From NCBI GenBank assembly GCA_964412665.1, contig CAYPPR010000009.1, forward strand, positions 18,091-82,090: DNA of 64,000 nucleotides. The letters are read 5' to 3'. Below, one piece after another: positions 44,761-53,096 of the stretch. The translations under genes were made by a program, and so were the position numbers. Numbering within the stretch: the stretch's first letter is position 1; every line of letters starts with the position of its first letter. Below the pieces are notes generated by a model, which did no database searches, was not told where the DNA came from, and worked only from the letters and a program-made list of their open reading frames with translations. The stretch comes from an uncultured Desulfopila sp. GTDB lineage: Bacteria > Desulfobacterota > Desulfobulbia > Desulfobulbales > Desulfocapsaceae.

Positions 44761-46461
44761 TCAGTCGTTCATAACATACTGGTCTTTTAGGGTACTGACA
44801 CTATCCCATACTCGCTGAAATCCGTCACCATCTTTAATAGGTTTTTTAATCATTTTTTGGAATATCTCTTCCTGCTCGGCGGAATTATCATGGCTGAGAA
44901 TCATTTGCAGGGCAAAAGCAGAATAATCCTTGACCAGAAAGGTGAAGATCTGCTCCTGCACATCTTTGTCGGTGCCATAAATCCTGCTGTTTTCAAGGAT
45001 CAACTGGGCATAGACGATAAGGGTAAACAGTTCGCCCGCAGCGAGCATATAATCAATGTTTTTTGCCTGTTCCTTGCTTGGCGGAGCGCTGATCAACAGC
45101 GTGCGAAACAGTTCCATCTGCTCCTTGAATACTAGGACATTTGCGCCATCAACGCCCTTATAGGCCAGACGATATTCCGGGAAACGAATACTCGCCAGGC
45201 TGCCGGTTTTTTGATGAAAAAGATAGGCGTCATCGCCAGCCTCTTTTTTCTGCGGGATCTCGGCATAGTCGACCGGCTCAAAAAAGTAGTTTTTGACAAA
45301 CTTGATGATCAGCGCCATGTTGACATGCTCGGTCCCTTCCAGTTTGGGCAGCATGCCGATATCCCTGAGAGCCATCTCAAAATAGGTTTCCTGTTCATAA
45401 CCCTTGGCGGCGATAACCTCATGCAGCAGCGCCACCACCTTTTCTCCCTGGCCGGTCACCTTCATCTTCACCACCGGGTTAAAGAGCAGATAGCGCCGAT
45501 CCTCATCGGAGGCACTGCGCATATAATCCGCTGCCCGAAAGGCAAAGAGTTTCATGCCGATCAGCCGGGCATAACTCTCGGTAAAGAGTTTTTTCACATG
45601 CGGGAAATCGGTGACATAGCGGCCATAGAGACTGCGGCTTGCCGCATGGTTTAAGGCCTCATAGAAACAGTGCGTGCCGATGCCGATGGAGGCGCAACCC
45701 AGCTCAAACTTACCGATATTAATGGTATTGAGCGAAGAGTTCCAGGCATGCTCGCCCCGGGAGAGAATGTCGTCCTCGGTGATCGGGTAGTCGTGCAGGG
45801 CGTATTCCGCGACATAGGCCTGGCGCACCCCGGAGGTATCGATCTTCTTGACGCACTCGTACTTGTCATGCTTTGGGTCGACGACAAAAAAGACATACTC
45901 ACCGGTTCCGGCAATTTTGGCAAAGGTGGAAACCAGGGCGGCGCAATTGCCGTTGCCGATATAGTATTTTGAGCCCCGGGCCAGATAGCTGCCGTCATCC
46001 TGGGGGATGAGCAGCATCTCACTGGAATAGAGGTCGGCGCCGTGGGTCTTTTCGGAAAGTCCGAAGGCAAAAATGCCACCATCGGCGAGCAGTTCGGCAG
46101 TCTTTTTTTTCACCGCCTCGTTCGTGCCCATCCAGATCGGCCCGAGCCCAAGAATGGTCACCTGCCAGGCGTACCAGTAGCAGAGCCCATAGAAACCGAG
46201 GATTTCATTGAACTCGCTGATGCGGTACATGTCCCAGCGCCCACCGTCCCTGCTATACGCCGCGGGCGTAAGGAAGTGGGCAAAGATTTTCTCTTTTTTG
46301 ATGAAGTCGAGAAAATCGTCATACCAGACCATCGACTGGTCGTCTTCCTTGATCTTTTTCAGACCTTTCTTCTCAAAAAAATCAATCGTCTTCAGGACAA
46401 GCTGCCGCGATACGTCATCGGCATGGAACCGTTCATATTTCTTCGGGTTGAGTAAGAGCAC
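44761..46461 (-). CDS. atypical long acyl-CoA dehydrogenase-fold protein (566 aa)
   Basis: ACAD middle-domain pattern GLSEKTHGADL...YYIGNG, with C-terminal helical domains. The N- and C-terminal extensions are not typical of FadE/Bcd. Confidence 0.7.
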   Translation of the reverse strand: MLLLNPKKYERFHADDVSRQLVLKTIDFFEKKGLKKIKEDDQSMVWYDDFLDFIKKEKIFAHFLTPAAYSRDGGRWDMYRISEFNEILGFYGLCYWYAWQVTILGLGPIWMGTNEAVKKKTAELLADGGIFAFGLSEKTHGADLYSSEMLLIPQDDGSYLARGSKYYIGNGNCAALVSTFAKIAGTGEYVFFVVDPKHDKYECVKKIDTSGVRQAYVAEYALHDYPITEDDILSRGEHAWNSSLNTINIGKFELGCASIGIGTHCFYEALNHAASRSLYGRYVTDFPHVKKLFTESYARLIGMKLFAFRAADYMRSASDEDRRYLLFNPVVKMKVTGQGEKVVALLHEVIAAKGYEQETYFEMALRDIGMLPKLEGTEHVNMALIIKFVKNYFFEPVDYAEIPQKKEAGDDAYLFHQKTGSLASIRFPEYRLAYKGVDGANVLVFKEQMELFRTLLISAPPSKEQAKNIDYMLAAGELFTLIVYAQLILENSRIYGTDKDVQEQIFTFLVKDYSAFALQMILSHDNSAEQEEIFQKMIKKPIKDGDGFQRVWDSVSTLKDQYVMND

Positions 46462-46477
46462 CTGTATTCTCCTTCAG

Positions 46478-48481
46478 TTAAAGGACATTTTTTCCGGCAT
46501 TATAGCCCTGGTGGTTCGCCTCAAAGACCGTCCCCGGGGCCAGAGCGTCACCAACTACCTGGCAGGGAATACCCAGCTCGTCGGCCGTTTTTTCCAGGGG
46601 ATTAGCCGACCTGGTGCCAACAGCCAGCACAACGCTGTCGGCCGGCAGGAGTTGCTCCTCTCCCCCGATCTCAACCCGCACGCCGCTATCGAGGACCTCC
46701 AGGACCCTGGCCTGTGTCAGGGTTTTTATCCCCAGGCGGCCGACATCCTGCAGCATGCCCCAGCGGGTTGACTTGCCGAAATTGGCGCCAAGAGTTCCGG
46801 CCATCTCGACGACAACCAGTTCTTTCGTTCCTTCGGTGGCCAGTTGATAGAGTTTTTCCTGGGTAACAGCCCCATTGACGAGGAGAAACTTCAGCTCTTC
46901 GCCGGACAAGGTGCCCTGCTCGGCGAGCAGCAAGGCGGTTTCGATACCGACCGCGCCGCCACCGATAATGACCACCTTCTGGCCTGTTTCGACTTTTCCG
47001 GCAAGAACATCCCAGGCCTGCACGACCTTGTCGCCGTCAACCCCGGCAATGGCCGGAGTCACCGGCTCACCGCCGGTGGCCAGAATCAGCTGCTCCGGTC
47101 GCTCACGGACCAGCACCTCTCTATCCACCGAACTGTTCAGCTGTACCGTGATATCATGACGGGCCAGCCGGCGGGCAAGATCATCGCCGAAAACGACAAA
47201 CTCGCCTCGTCCGGGAGGCGCTCCAGCCAGATGCAACTGTCCGCCGAGCTGCAGTCCCTGTTCATACAGACTGACCCGGTGCCCCTGTTCGGCTGCGGCA
47301 AGAGCAGCGGACATGCCGGCAACCCCACCGCCGACGACCAGCACTTTTTTTGCATGAGCGGTCTTTTTCGGCTGCTCTTCATATTCATGGCCTGCCCGTG
47401 GATTGCAGAGACATTCCACCGGCTTCATCTTGAAAAGGTTGTCAAAACAACCCTGGCCGCAGGCGACACAGTGGACAATCTCCTCTTCTTTGCCGGTGCG
47501 GGCCTTTTCCGGAAACCATGGGTCGGCAATCAGCGCCCGGCCGATGGCCACCATGTCACAAAAATTTTGCGTAATGAGCAACCTGGCTATTTTGGGATCG
47601 TTAATCCGGTGGCTGGCAATAACCGGGATGGACACCCTTTTCTTCATATCCCGGGCCAGATAGGCAAAGGCGCCTCGAGGCACCTTGGTGACAATCTGCG
47701 GCACCTGGGCCTCATGCCAGCCGACATTGACGCACAGGGCATCAACACCGGCGCGCTCAAGGGCGACCGCGAATTCGAGCAAGTCCGCAGGCCCGATGCC
47801 CCCTTCCATGAAATCATTACCGTTCAGGCGCACGAGGATGGGAAAACCGTTGCCAAGCCTACTCTTTATCTCGCCGACAACCTCCAGGCCGAAGCGCATG
47901 CGGTTTTCCAGGCTGCCGCCGTAGACATCCGTTCTTTTGTTGGTGAGCGGCGAGAGGAATTCGCTGATCAGATAGCCGGTTCCGGCGAGAATCTCCACCA
48001 GATCAAAACCCGCCTGCCGCACCCGCCCAGCCGCTTCGCCAAAGCGACGAATGGTTGCCTCGATCTGCTGCAGAGTCAGCTCTTTGGGGGTTTCCCTGGT
48101 CATGCGACAGGGTACCGGCGAGGGGGCGACCGGCTGTTTGCCGCCGAGAAAAAAGGAGGCATTGTAACGACCGGCATGATTGAGCTGCACGGTGGCCTTG
48201 GCCCCGCCGTTATGAATGGCCGCGGCAAGTGCGGCAAGCCCCGGCACATGGGTATCAAGATGGGCGCCGATATTGCCCGGATTACCGGACAGTTCATCGA
48301 TGGTGGCATAGCCGACACTGATCAGGCCGGCTCCCCCTTTAGCCCGTTCCCGGTAAAACTCAACCAACTGCTCGGTTACCAGAAAGTTTTTGCACATATT
48401 CAGGTGCATGGCCGGCATGAAAATGCGATTTTTCAGCTCGACCGACCCGATAAAAATTGATCGAAACAAGGGATCCGACAT
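46478..48481 (-). CDS. OYE-family FMN/FeS + FAD/NAD(P) reductase (2,4-dienoyl-CoA / enoate reductase paralogue)
   Basis: 667 aa. OYE barrel N-terminal half, FeS motif CVACGQGCFD...C, and GGGVAG plus GGGAVG dinucleotide folds. Confidence 0.85.
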   Translation of the reverse strand: MSDPLFRSIFIGSVELKNRIFMPAMHLNMCKNFLVTEQLVEFYRERAKGGAGLISVGYATIDELSGNPGNIGAHLDTHVPGLAALAAAIHNGGAKATVQLNHAGRYNASFFLGGKQPVAPSPVPCRMTRETPKELTLQQIEATIRRFGEAAGRVRQAGFDLVEILAGTGYLISEFLSPLTNKRTDVYGGSLENRMRFGLEVVGEIKSRLGNGFPILVRLNGNDFMEGGIGPADLLEFAVALERAGVDALCVNVGWHEAQVPQIVTKVPRGAFAYLARDMKKRVSIPVIASHRINDPKIARLLITQNFCDMVAIGRALIADPWFPEKARTGKEEEIVHCVACGQGCFDNLFKMKPVECLCNPRAGHEYEEQPKKTAHAKKVLVVGGGVAGMSAALAAAEQGHRVSLYEQGLQLGGQLHLAGAPPGRGEFVVFGDDLARRLARHDITVQLNSSVDREVLVRERPEQLILATGGEPVTPAIAGVDGDKVVQAWDVLAGKVETGQKVVIIGGGAVGIETALLLAEQGTLSGEELKFLLVNGAVTQEKLYQLATEGTKELVVVEMAGTLGANFGKSTRWGMLQDVGRLGIKTLTQARVLEVLDSGVRVEIGGEEQLLPADSVVLAVGTRSANPLEKTADELGIPCQVVGDALAPGTVFEANHQGYNAGKNVL

Positions 48482-48519
48482 GATGTGTGTTCTCCTATGA
48501 GGCTATCCAAGAATGCAGG

Positions 48520-49467
48520 TTAACGCGGCACAGCAGCATGAAATAACCCGGCAACCTCGTCAAATAGACCGATTTCCTCCAGTGCGCGGCGCAGCAGCTC
48601 GGGCTGGTTGAGAAAATCCTTCATAAAAATAATTTCCGAGGCCTTGAGATAGATGGGAAAGATATCTTTCATCCGTCCTTCTAGAAGGGTATCTATCAAG
48701 AGCATGATATTCTCTTCCGCCCGGTAGGGATACAGCTGTTCAGCCCGGCCAAGCATTTTTGAGACATAAAAAAGCAGCACCTTTTTAACACTCTTGACCC
48801 TCTGCCGATGGGCCGGCAGTATGGTTTTCCCCTCCAGACCGGCAAGTTTGACAATCGAACCACAGTAGGCCTCATAATTTTTAAATCGCCCACCGTTCTC
48901 CAGATCAACATCAAGAATCGGCGACTGAAAAACCCCGCGCAGCAGGGTGTCTCCGGTCACCGCCCAATCTTTGCCGACGTAGACAAGATCACTCTGGGAA
49001 TGGCCGGGACAGGCGAGAACCTCGATGCCCAGCCGCGCCGGAGTGTCATTTTCCGCCGCGAGATAGCGCTTGGGAAAGGGGGGAAAGAGCACGCCGCTGT
49101 CAAAGATCTGCTGCAGACCATCGAGGTAGGCTTTATCAAAACCTACATCGGAGAGCAGCTGATACATTTCCCCCATGCGCCGATCATGACCGGTAATCTT
49201 CAGACAATCACGATAGGGCAGATACAGCGTGGCCCGGCTATTTTTTTCCAGCCAGTGGGCCTGGCCGTAATGGTCGATATGGCAGTGAGTGATAAAGATG
49301 TGTTTGAGCTGCGTCAGATCGATATTTTCCTGCAGATACCGCCGCCCCTCCGGCGTCGGCGGACCGGTATCAAACAGGACCAGTTCCCCGGCGAATACGC
49401 CGGTGTAACAATGAACAGGACCGACCATATAAGGGGTATTAATGGTATGTTGGGTAAGTTTCGTCAT
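48520..49467 (-). CDS. metallo-beta-lactamase-fold hydrolase
   Basis: THCHIDHYG (HxHxDH) and, later, PGHSQSD. 315 aa. Confidence 0.85.
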   Translation of the reverse strand: MTKLTQHTINTPYMVGPVHCYTGVFAGELVLFDTGPPTPEGRRYLQENIDLTQLKHIFITHCHIDHYGQAHWLEKNSRATLYLPYRDCLKITGHDRRMGEMYQLLSDVGFDKAYLDGLQQIFDSGVLFPPFPKRYLAAENDTPARLGIEVLACPGHSQSDLVYVGKDWAVTGDTLLRGVFQSPILDVDLENGGRFKNYEAYCGSIVKLAGLEGKTILPAHRQRVKSVKKVLLFYVSKMLGRAEQLYPYRAEENIMLLIDTLLEGRMKDIFPIYLKASEIIFMKDFLNQPELLRRALEEIGLFDEVAGLFHAAVPR

Positions 49468-49507
49468 ATCGATTTGCGGTACCGCGACGCCGCATAATTC
49501 AATTTTT

Positions 49508-49575
49508 CGTCATTCCGGCAAAAACCAAAATCCAGTAATTGCAGATGATGATTCCGGATCAAGCCCGGAATGACG
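49508..49575. repeat. ATTCCGG / CCGGAAT inverted-repeat set (11-bp long-range IR plus a 7-bp local hairpin)
   Basis: CGTCATTCCGG (49508-49518) is the exact reverse complement of CCGGAATGACG (49565-49575). ATTCCGG (49551-49557) can pair with the same right arm across a 7-nt loop. Confidence 0.85.
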
Positions 49576-49586
49576 GTGTCGGGCCC

Positions 49587-49602
49587 TTTTTACGACGCCA
49601 TC
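49587..49602 (+). repeat. copy 2 of the exact 16-mer TTTTTACGACGCCATC
   Basis: Read directly. It is part of a 30-nt segment that is 27/30 identical to 49741-49770. Confidence 0.95.
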
Positions 49603-49640
49603 ACAACTTAGAAGACCGTCGGATTGTAAGATGGCTAGGT

Positions 49641-49745
49641 AAAAAACTTCATATGCGAGGCGTAAGATTTTTATATTATTTCGGCGTACTAGGGTACGTC
49701 GTAATGATATAAAAATTGCAACAACGAAGCAGATGAAGATTTTTT
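49641..49745. repeat. 105-bp imperfect palindromic intergenic element
   Basis: The outer arms AAAAAACTTCAT and ATGAAGATTTTTT pair. The inner arms GATTTTTATA (49666-49675) and TATAAAAATT (49708-49717) pair 9/10. The centre is GTAC-TAGG-GTAC. Boxes CGAGGCGT (49656-49663) and AACGAAG (49723-49729) are present. Confidence 0.8.
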
Positions 49746-49756
49746 ACGACGCCATC
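49741..49756 (+). repeat. copy 3 of the exact 16-mer TTTTTACGACGCCATC
   Basis: Read directly. It lies 5 nt from the stop codon (49762-49764) of the acyl-CoA dehydrogenase gene. Confidence 0.95.
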
Positions 49757-49761
49757 ACTAC

Positions 49762-51549
49762 CTAAAAGACATATTTCTCCGCCTCACAAGCCGCCTTGGC
49801 CAACGTCCGCTTGGCGGCCAGCAGGCCGGTAGCATCGTACTTGGCAAAACGCCTGATACCGGACAGGATCATGGTCAGGGTATCTCCTTCCTCGATAAAG
49901 AAGGCGCCCTTTCTCGCTGCACTGCCGGCACTCTCGGAGGCCTCGAAGGCAAAGATCTTCACCGCCGCGTCAAGCAGTTGTTGCTTCTCCGCGCTGACCT
50001 TGCCGGCGCTTTTTTCCGCACGCAGCACCGTGCTCTCCAGAGCAAATATCTGAATGGCAATATCGGCGGCGGCCATGAGAATTTCCTGCTCATTGGCCAG
50101 TTTGTCCATAAACTTCTGTACCCCGGCTCCGGACAGGATGAGGAACAGGGTTTTCAGATTCTTGACCAGAGCCTTTTCCTTGACGTAAGGAATCGACTCG
50201 TCCAGTTCCTCGAAACTCGGCGTCATCAGCGACTCGAAGGCCTTCATGGCCTCAGCCTGCAGGGGCAGCTCGCCCTTCATTGCCTTACGCAGAATCATGC
50301 CGGGGATAAGCAGACGGTTGATCTCATTGGTGCCTTCGAAGATGCGATTGATCCGTTCGTCCCGGTAAAAGCGCTCCGCCGGATAATCGGTAACAAAACC
50401 ATTGCCACCATGAATCTGCAGCACCTCATCGACGGTTTTGGCCAGAACCTCACTGCAGAACACCTTGGCGATACCGCATTCCGAGGCATATTCCTCGATG
50501 CCTTTCAGGTACTCTTCGTAATAGTTGTCAATGCCTTTTTCGATGGTGGCTATTTTATCGTCAAGCAGCCCAGCCAGGCGGTAGACTAAAGACTCCGAGG
50601 CATATATATATGCGCTCAGATCGGCAATCTTCTGGGAAATTGCACCAAACTGACTGATCGGCGTGTTGAACTGCTTCCGCTCATTGGCATATTTAATGCC
50701 TTCCACCAGGGCCATTTTCGAGGCGCCGCAGACCCCGGCACCAAGCTTAAAGCGGCCGATGTTCAGGACGTTAAAGGCGATCTTATGGCCTTTGCCCTTC
50801 TCACCGAGCAGATTTTCCACCGGAACCATGCAGTTATCGAGGATGATCTGGGTCGTCGATGATCCCTTGATGCCGAGTTTTTTCTCCTCGGGGCCGACAA
50901 TCAGCCCGGGAAAGCTTCTCTCCACGAGAAAGGCGGTGAAATGTTCCTTATCAATCTTGGCAAAGACAGTATACAGCTGGGCGAACCCACCGTTGGTAAT
51001 ATACTGTTTCGTGCCGTTGAGGATATAGTGTTTGCCGTCTTCGGAGAGAACCGCCGACGCCTGGGCACCAAGAGCGTCACTGCCGGAACCGGGCTCAGTG
51101 AGACAATAGGCGGCACACCACTCACCGGAAGTGATTTTTTCCAGGTACTGGTCTTTCTGGGCCGCTGTTCCATAATAGACCAGGGGCAGAGTACCGATCC
51201 CTGAGTGAGCGGAGTAAGCTACGGAAAACGAACCACCGAAGGAAATCTTTTCACTGACCAGCATACTCGAGGCCTTGTCGAGCTCGAGTCCACCATATTC
51301 TTCCGGGGCATCCATCATGAGCAGGCCCAGCTCGCCGCATTTTTTCATGCCTTCGATAACCAGATCAAAGTTCTGCTTGTCGATCTCTTCAATGTGCGGC
51401 ACGATTTCATTCGTGACAAACTGCTCGGTGGTCTCGCCCATCTGGCGCTGCTCATCGGTAAAATCTTCCGGAGTAAAAACATCCGCACAGGAAGTCTCGA
51501 CAATCAGATATTCACCGCCATTCAATATTTTTTCAGCCATTTTATTCAC
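49762..51549 (-). CDS. long acyl-CoA dehydrogenase (595 aa, FadE-like with a C-terminal helical extension)
   Basis: CLTEPGSGSD, IHGGNGF and FEGTNEINR motifs, plus an extra ~170-aa C-terminal domain. Confidence 0.9.
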   Translation of the reverse strand: MNKMAEKILNGGEYLIVETSCADVFTPEDFTDEQRQMGETTEQFVTNEIVPHIEEIDKQNFDLVIEGMKKCGELGLLMMDAPEEYGGLELDKASSMLVSEKISFGGSFSVAYSAHSGIGTLPLVYYGTAAQKDQYLEKITSGEWCAAYCLTEPGSGSDALGAQASAVLSEDGKHYILNGTKQYITNGGFAQLYTVFAKIDKEHFTAFLVERSFPGLIVGPEEKKLGIKGSSTTQIILDNCMVPVENLLGEKGKGHKIAFNVLNIGRFKLGAGVCGASKMALVEGIKYANERKQFNTPISQFGAISQKIADLSAYIYASESLVYRLAGLLDDKIATIEKGIDNYYEEYLKGIEEYASECGIAKVFCSEVLAKTVDEVLQIHGGNGFVTDYPAERFYRDERINRIFEGTNEINRLLIPGMILRKAMKGELPLQAEAMKAFESLMTPSFEELDESIPYVKEKALVKNLKTLFLILSGAGVQKFMDKLANEQEILMAAADIAIQIFALESTVLRAEKSAGKVSAEKQQLLDAAVKIFAFEASESAGSAARKGAFFIEEGDTLTMILSGIRRFAKYDATGLLAAKRTLAKAACEAEKYVF

Positions 51550-51666
51550 CTAAGTCACTTAATTATATTAATTTTGAAATTCAACTTTTTACGATTCATC
51601 TTGCGTCATTTTGCAAATAAATTGTTCGGCAGTGCTGCAAATGCGTGCAGGCAGGTTGGAGAACCA

Positions 51667-51807
51667 GGAGCTTGTCCGAGAATAGGCATTTTGCTCAAAA
51701 TCGAGGCGTTTTGGAAAAATAAGCACAGGCATATATTTAATATTCCGAGCATTATTTTTCCAAAATAACGAAGAGTTTGGGCAAAAAGGCATTCTTGGAC
51801 AGGCTCC
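51667..51807. repeat. 141-bp nested palindromic intergenic element, related in architecture to 49641-49745
   Basis: The outer arms GGAGCTTGTCCGAGAATAGGCATTTTGC (51667-51694) and GCAAAAAGGCATTCTTGGACAGGCTCC (51781-51807) are imperfect complements. The inner arms TTTTGGAAAAATAA (51709-51722) and TTATTTTTCCAAAA (51752-51765) are perfect. The same CGAGGCGT and AACGAAG boxes are present. Confidence 0.8.
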
Positions 51808-51866
51808 TGAGAGTGTACCTCTGTTTCTAGCCTGACCGTGCACAGCCGGATTGCTGCCGGACAATT

Positions 51867-53039
51867 TTATAGTTTTTCGAAGACGCCGGCGGCCCCCATT
51901 CCCCCGCCGATACACATGGAAACGAGCCCATAACGTGCCTTTCGGCGGCCCATCTCGTGCAGCAGGGTGGTGGTCAGTTTCGCGCCGGTGCAGCCCAGCG
52001 GATGGCCGAGGGCAATGGCGCCACCGTTGACGTTGATGATGTCTTGATTGAGACCGAGGGTTTTTATAACGGCTAAAGACTGGGCGGCAAAAGCCTCGTT
52101 GAGCTCTATCAGATCGATGTCTTCCAGCTGCAGTCCGGCCAGTTTCAATGCCGACGGGATGGCGGTAATCGGGCCGATACCCATAACTTCAGGGGCGCAG
52201 CCGGTGGCCGAGAAGGCCATAAAACGAGCCATCGGGCTCTTGCCGAGCTTTTCCAGATACTCTTCGGAGACGACCAGGGCAACGGCGGCACCGTCGGTCA
52301 TCTGCGAGGAGTTACCCGCGGTTACCGGTCCACCTATCTTAAAGGCCGGCCGTACCTTGGCCAGACTCTCCAGGGTTGTCCCGGCCCTGACGCCGTCATC
52401 GACGGTGACCAGTTCCTTCACTCTTTTCATCTTGCCGTCGACCAGCATGTCCTTTTCAATTTCAACCGGGATAATTTCATCGGCAAAGCGACCCGATTCG
52501 ATGGCCGCGGCAGCCTTGGCGTTACTGGCGACGGCAAAGGTATCCATGGCCAGCTTGTCAATACCGTATCGCTCGGCGACCAGCTCGGCGGTGACGCCCA
52601 TGGAGGAATAGGCCTCCGGCCAGTCAGCCATCATGCCCGGATTGGCGCTGTACTTCAACCCCCCAAGGGGCACACAGGACATGGACTCGACGCCACCGGC
52701 GACAATACAGTCGGCAAAGCCGCACATGACCCGCTCGGCGGCCAAGGAAATTGACTGCAACCCGGAGGAGCAGAAACGGTTGATGGTCTGGCCCGGCACC
52801 TCTATCGGCAGGCCGGCGCGCATGGCGGCAATCCGGCCGATATTCATGCCCTGCTCCGCTTCCGGAAAGGCGCAGCCAAGATAGACATCGCTGACCGTCG
52901 CCGGATCGATCTCGGTGCGCTCAAGCAGTCCTTTTATCGCCAGAGCGGCCAGCTCATCGGGCCGCATGTCCTTAAATTTTCCTTTGTTTGCCCGGCAGCC
53001 GGGCGTCCTATAACTGGCCAGTATATATGCTTTTTTCAT
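51867..53039 (-). CDS. fadA: acetyl-CoA C-acyltransferase (thiolase)
   Basis: Active-site context [10 protein letters not shown] (Cys), NEAFAAQ, and C-terminal GHPLGCTGA / CIGGGMG. Confidence 0.95.
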   Translation of the reverse strand: MKKAYILASYRTPGCRANKGKFKDMRPDELAALAIKGLLERTEIDPATVSDVYLGCAFPEAEQGMNIGRIAAMRAGLPIEVPGQTINRFCSSGLQSISLAAERVMCGFADCIVAGGVESMSCVPLGGLKYSANPGMMADWPEAYSSMGVTAELVAERYGIDKLAMDTFAVASNAKAAAAIESGRFADEIIPVEIEKDMLVDGKMKRVKELVTVDDGVRAGTTLESLAKVRPAFKIGGPVTAGNSSQMTDGAAVALVVSEEYLEKLGKSPMARFMAFSATGCAPEVMGIGPITAIPSALKLAGLQLEDIDLIELNEAFAAQSLAVIKTLGLNQDIINVNGGAIALGHPLGCTGAKLTTTLLHEMGRRKARYGLVSMCIGGGMGAAGVFEKL

Positions 53040-53096
53040 ATCGATTTCCCTTTAGAGACGTAAAGGTTCTCTTGTTTTTGGCTAAAATTTTCTCGG

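Noticed and set aside
46844-48460. 538-aa plus-strand ORF
   Set aside because: It is antisense to the OYE-type reductase gene and has no motifs or SD. It is a shadow ORF typical of this codon bias.
51589-51915. 108-aa minus ORF and the 187-aa plus ORF (51205-51768) in the thiolase/acd gap
   Set aside because: They run through the palindromic repeat element, overlap real gene ends, and give Arg/Gly-rich or low-complexity translations.
53040-53096. CCTTTA-N6-TAAAGG inverted repeat containing ACGTAAAGG between the fadB-like and thiolase genes
   Set aside because: It shares only a half-site with the TTTACGTAAA dyad, and it lies inside an operon junction. It is more simply a small intercistronic hairpin.
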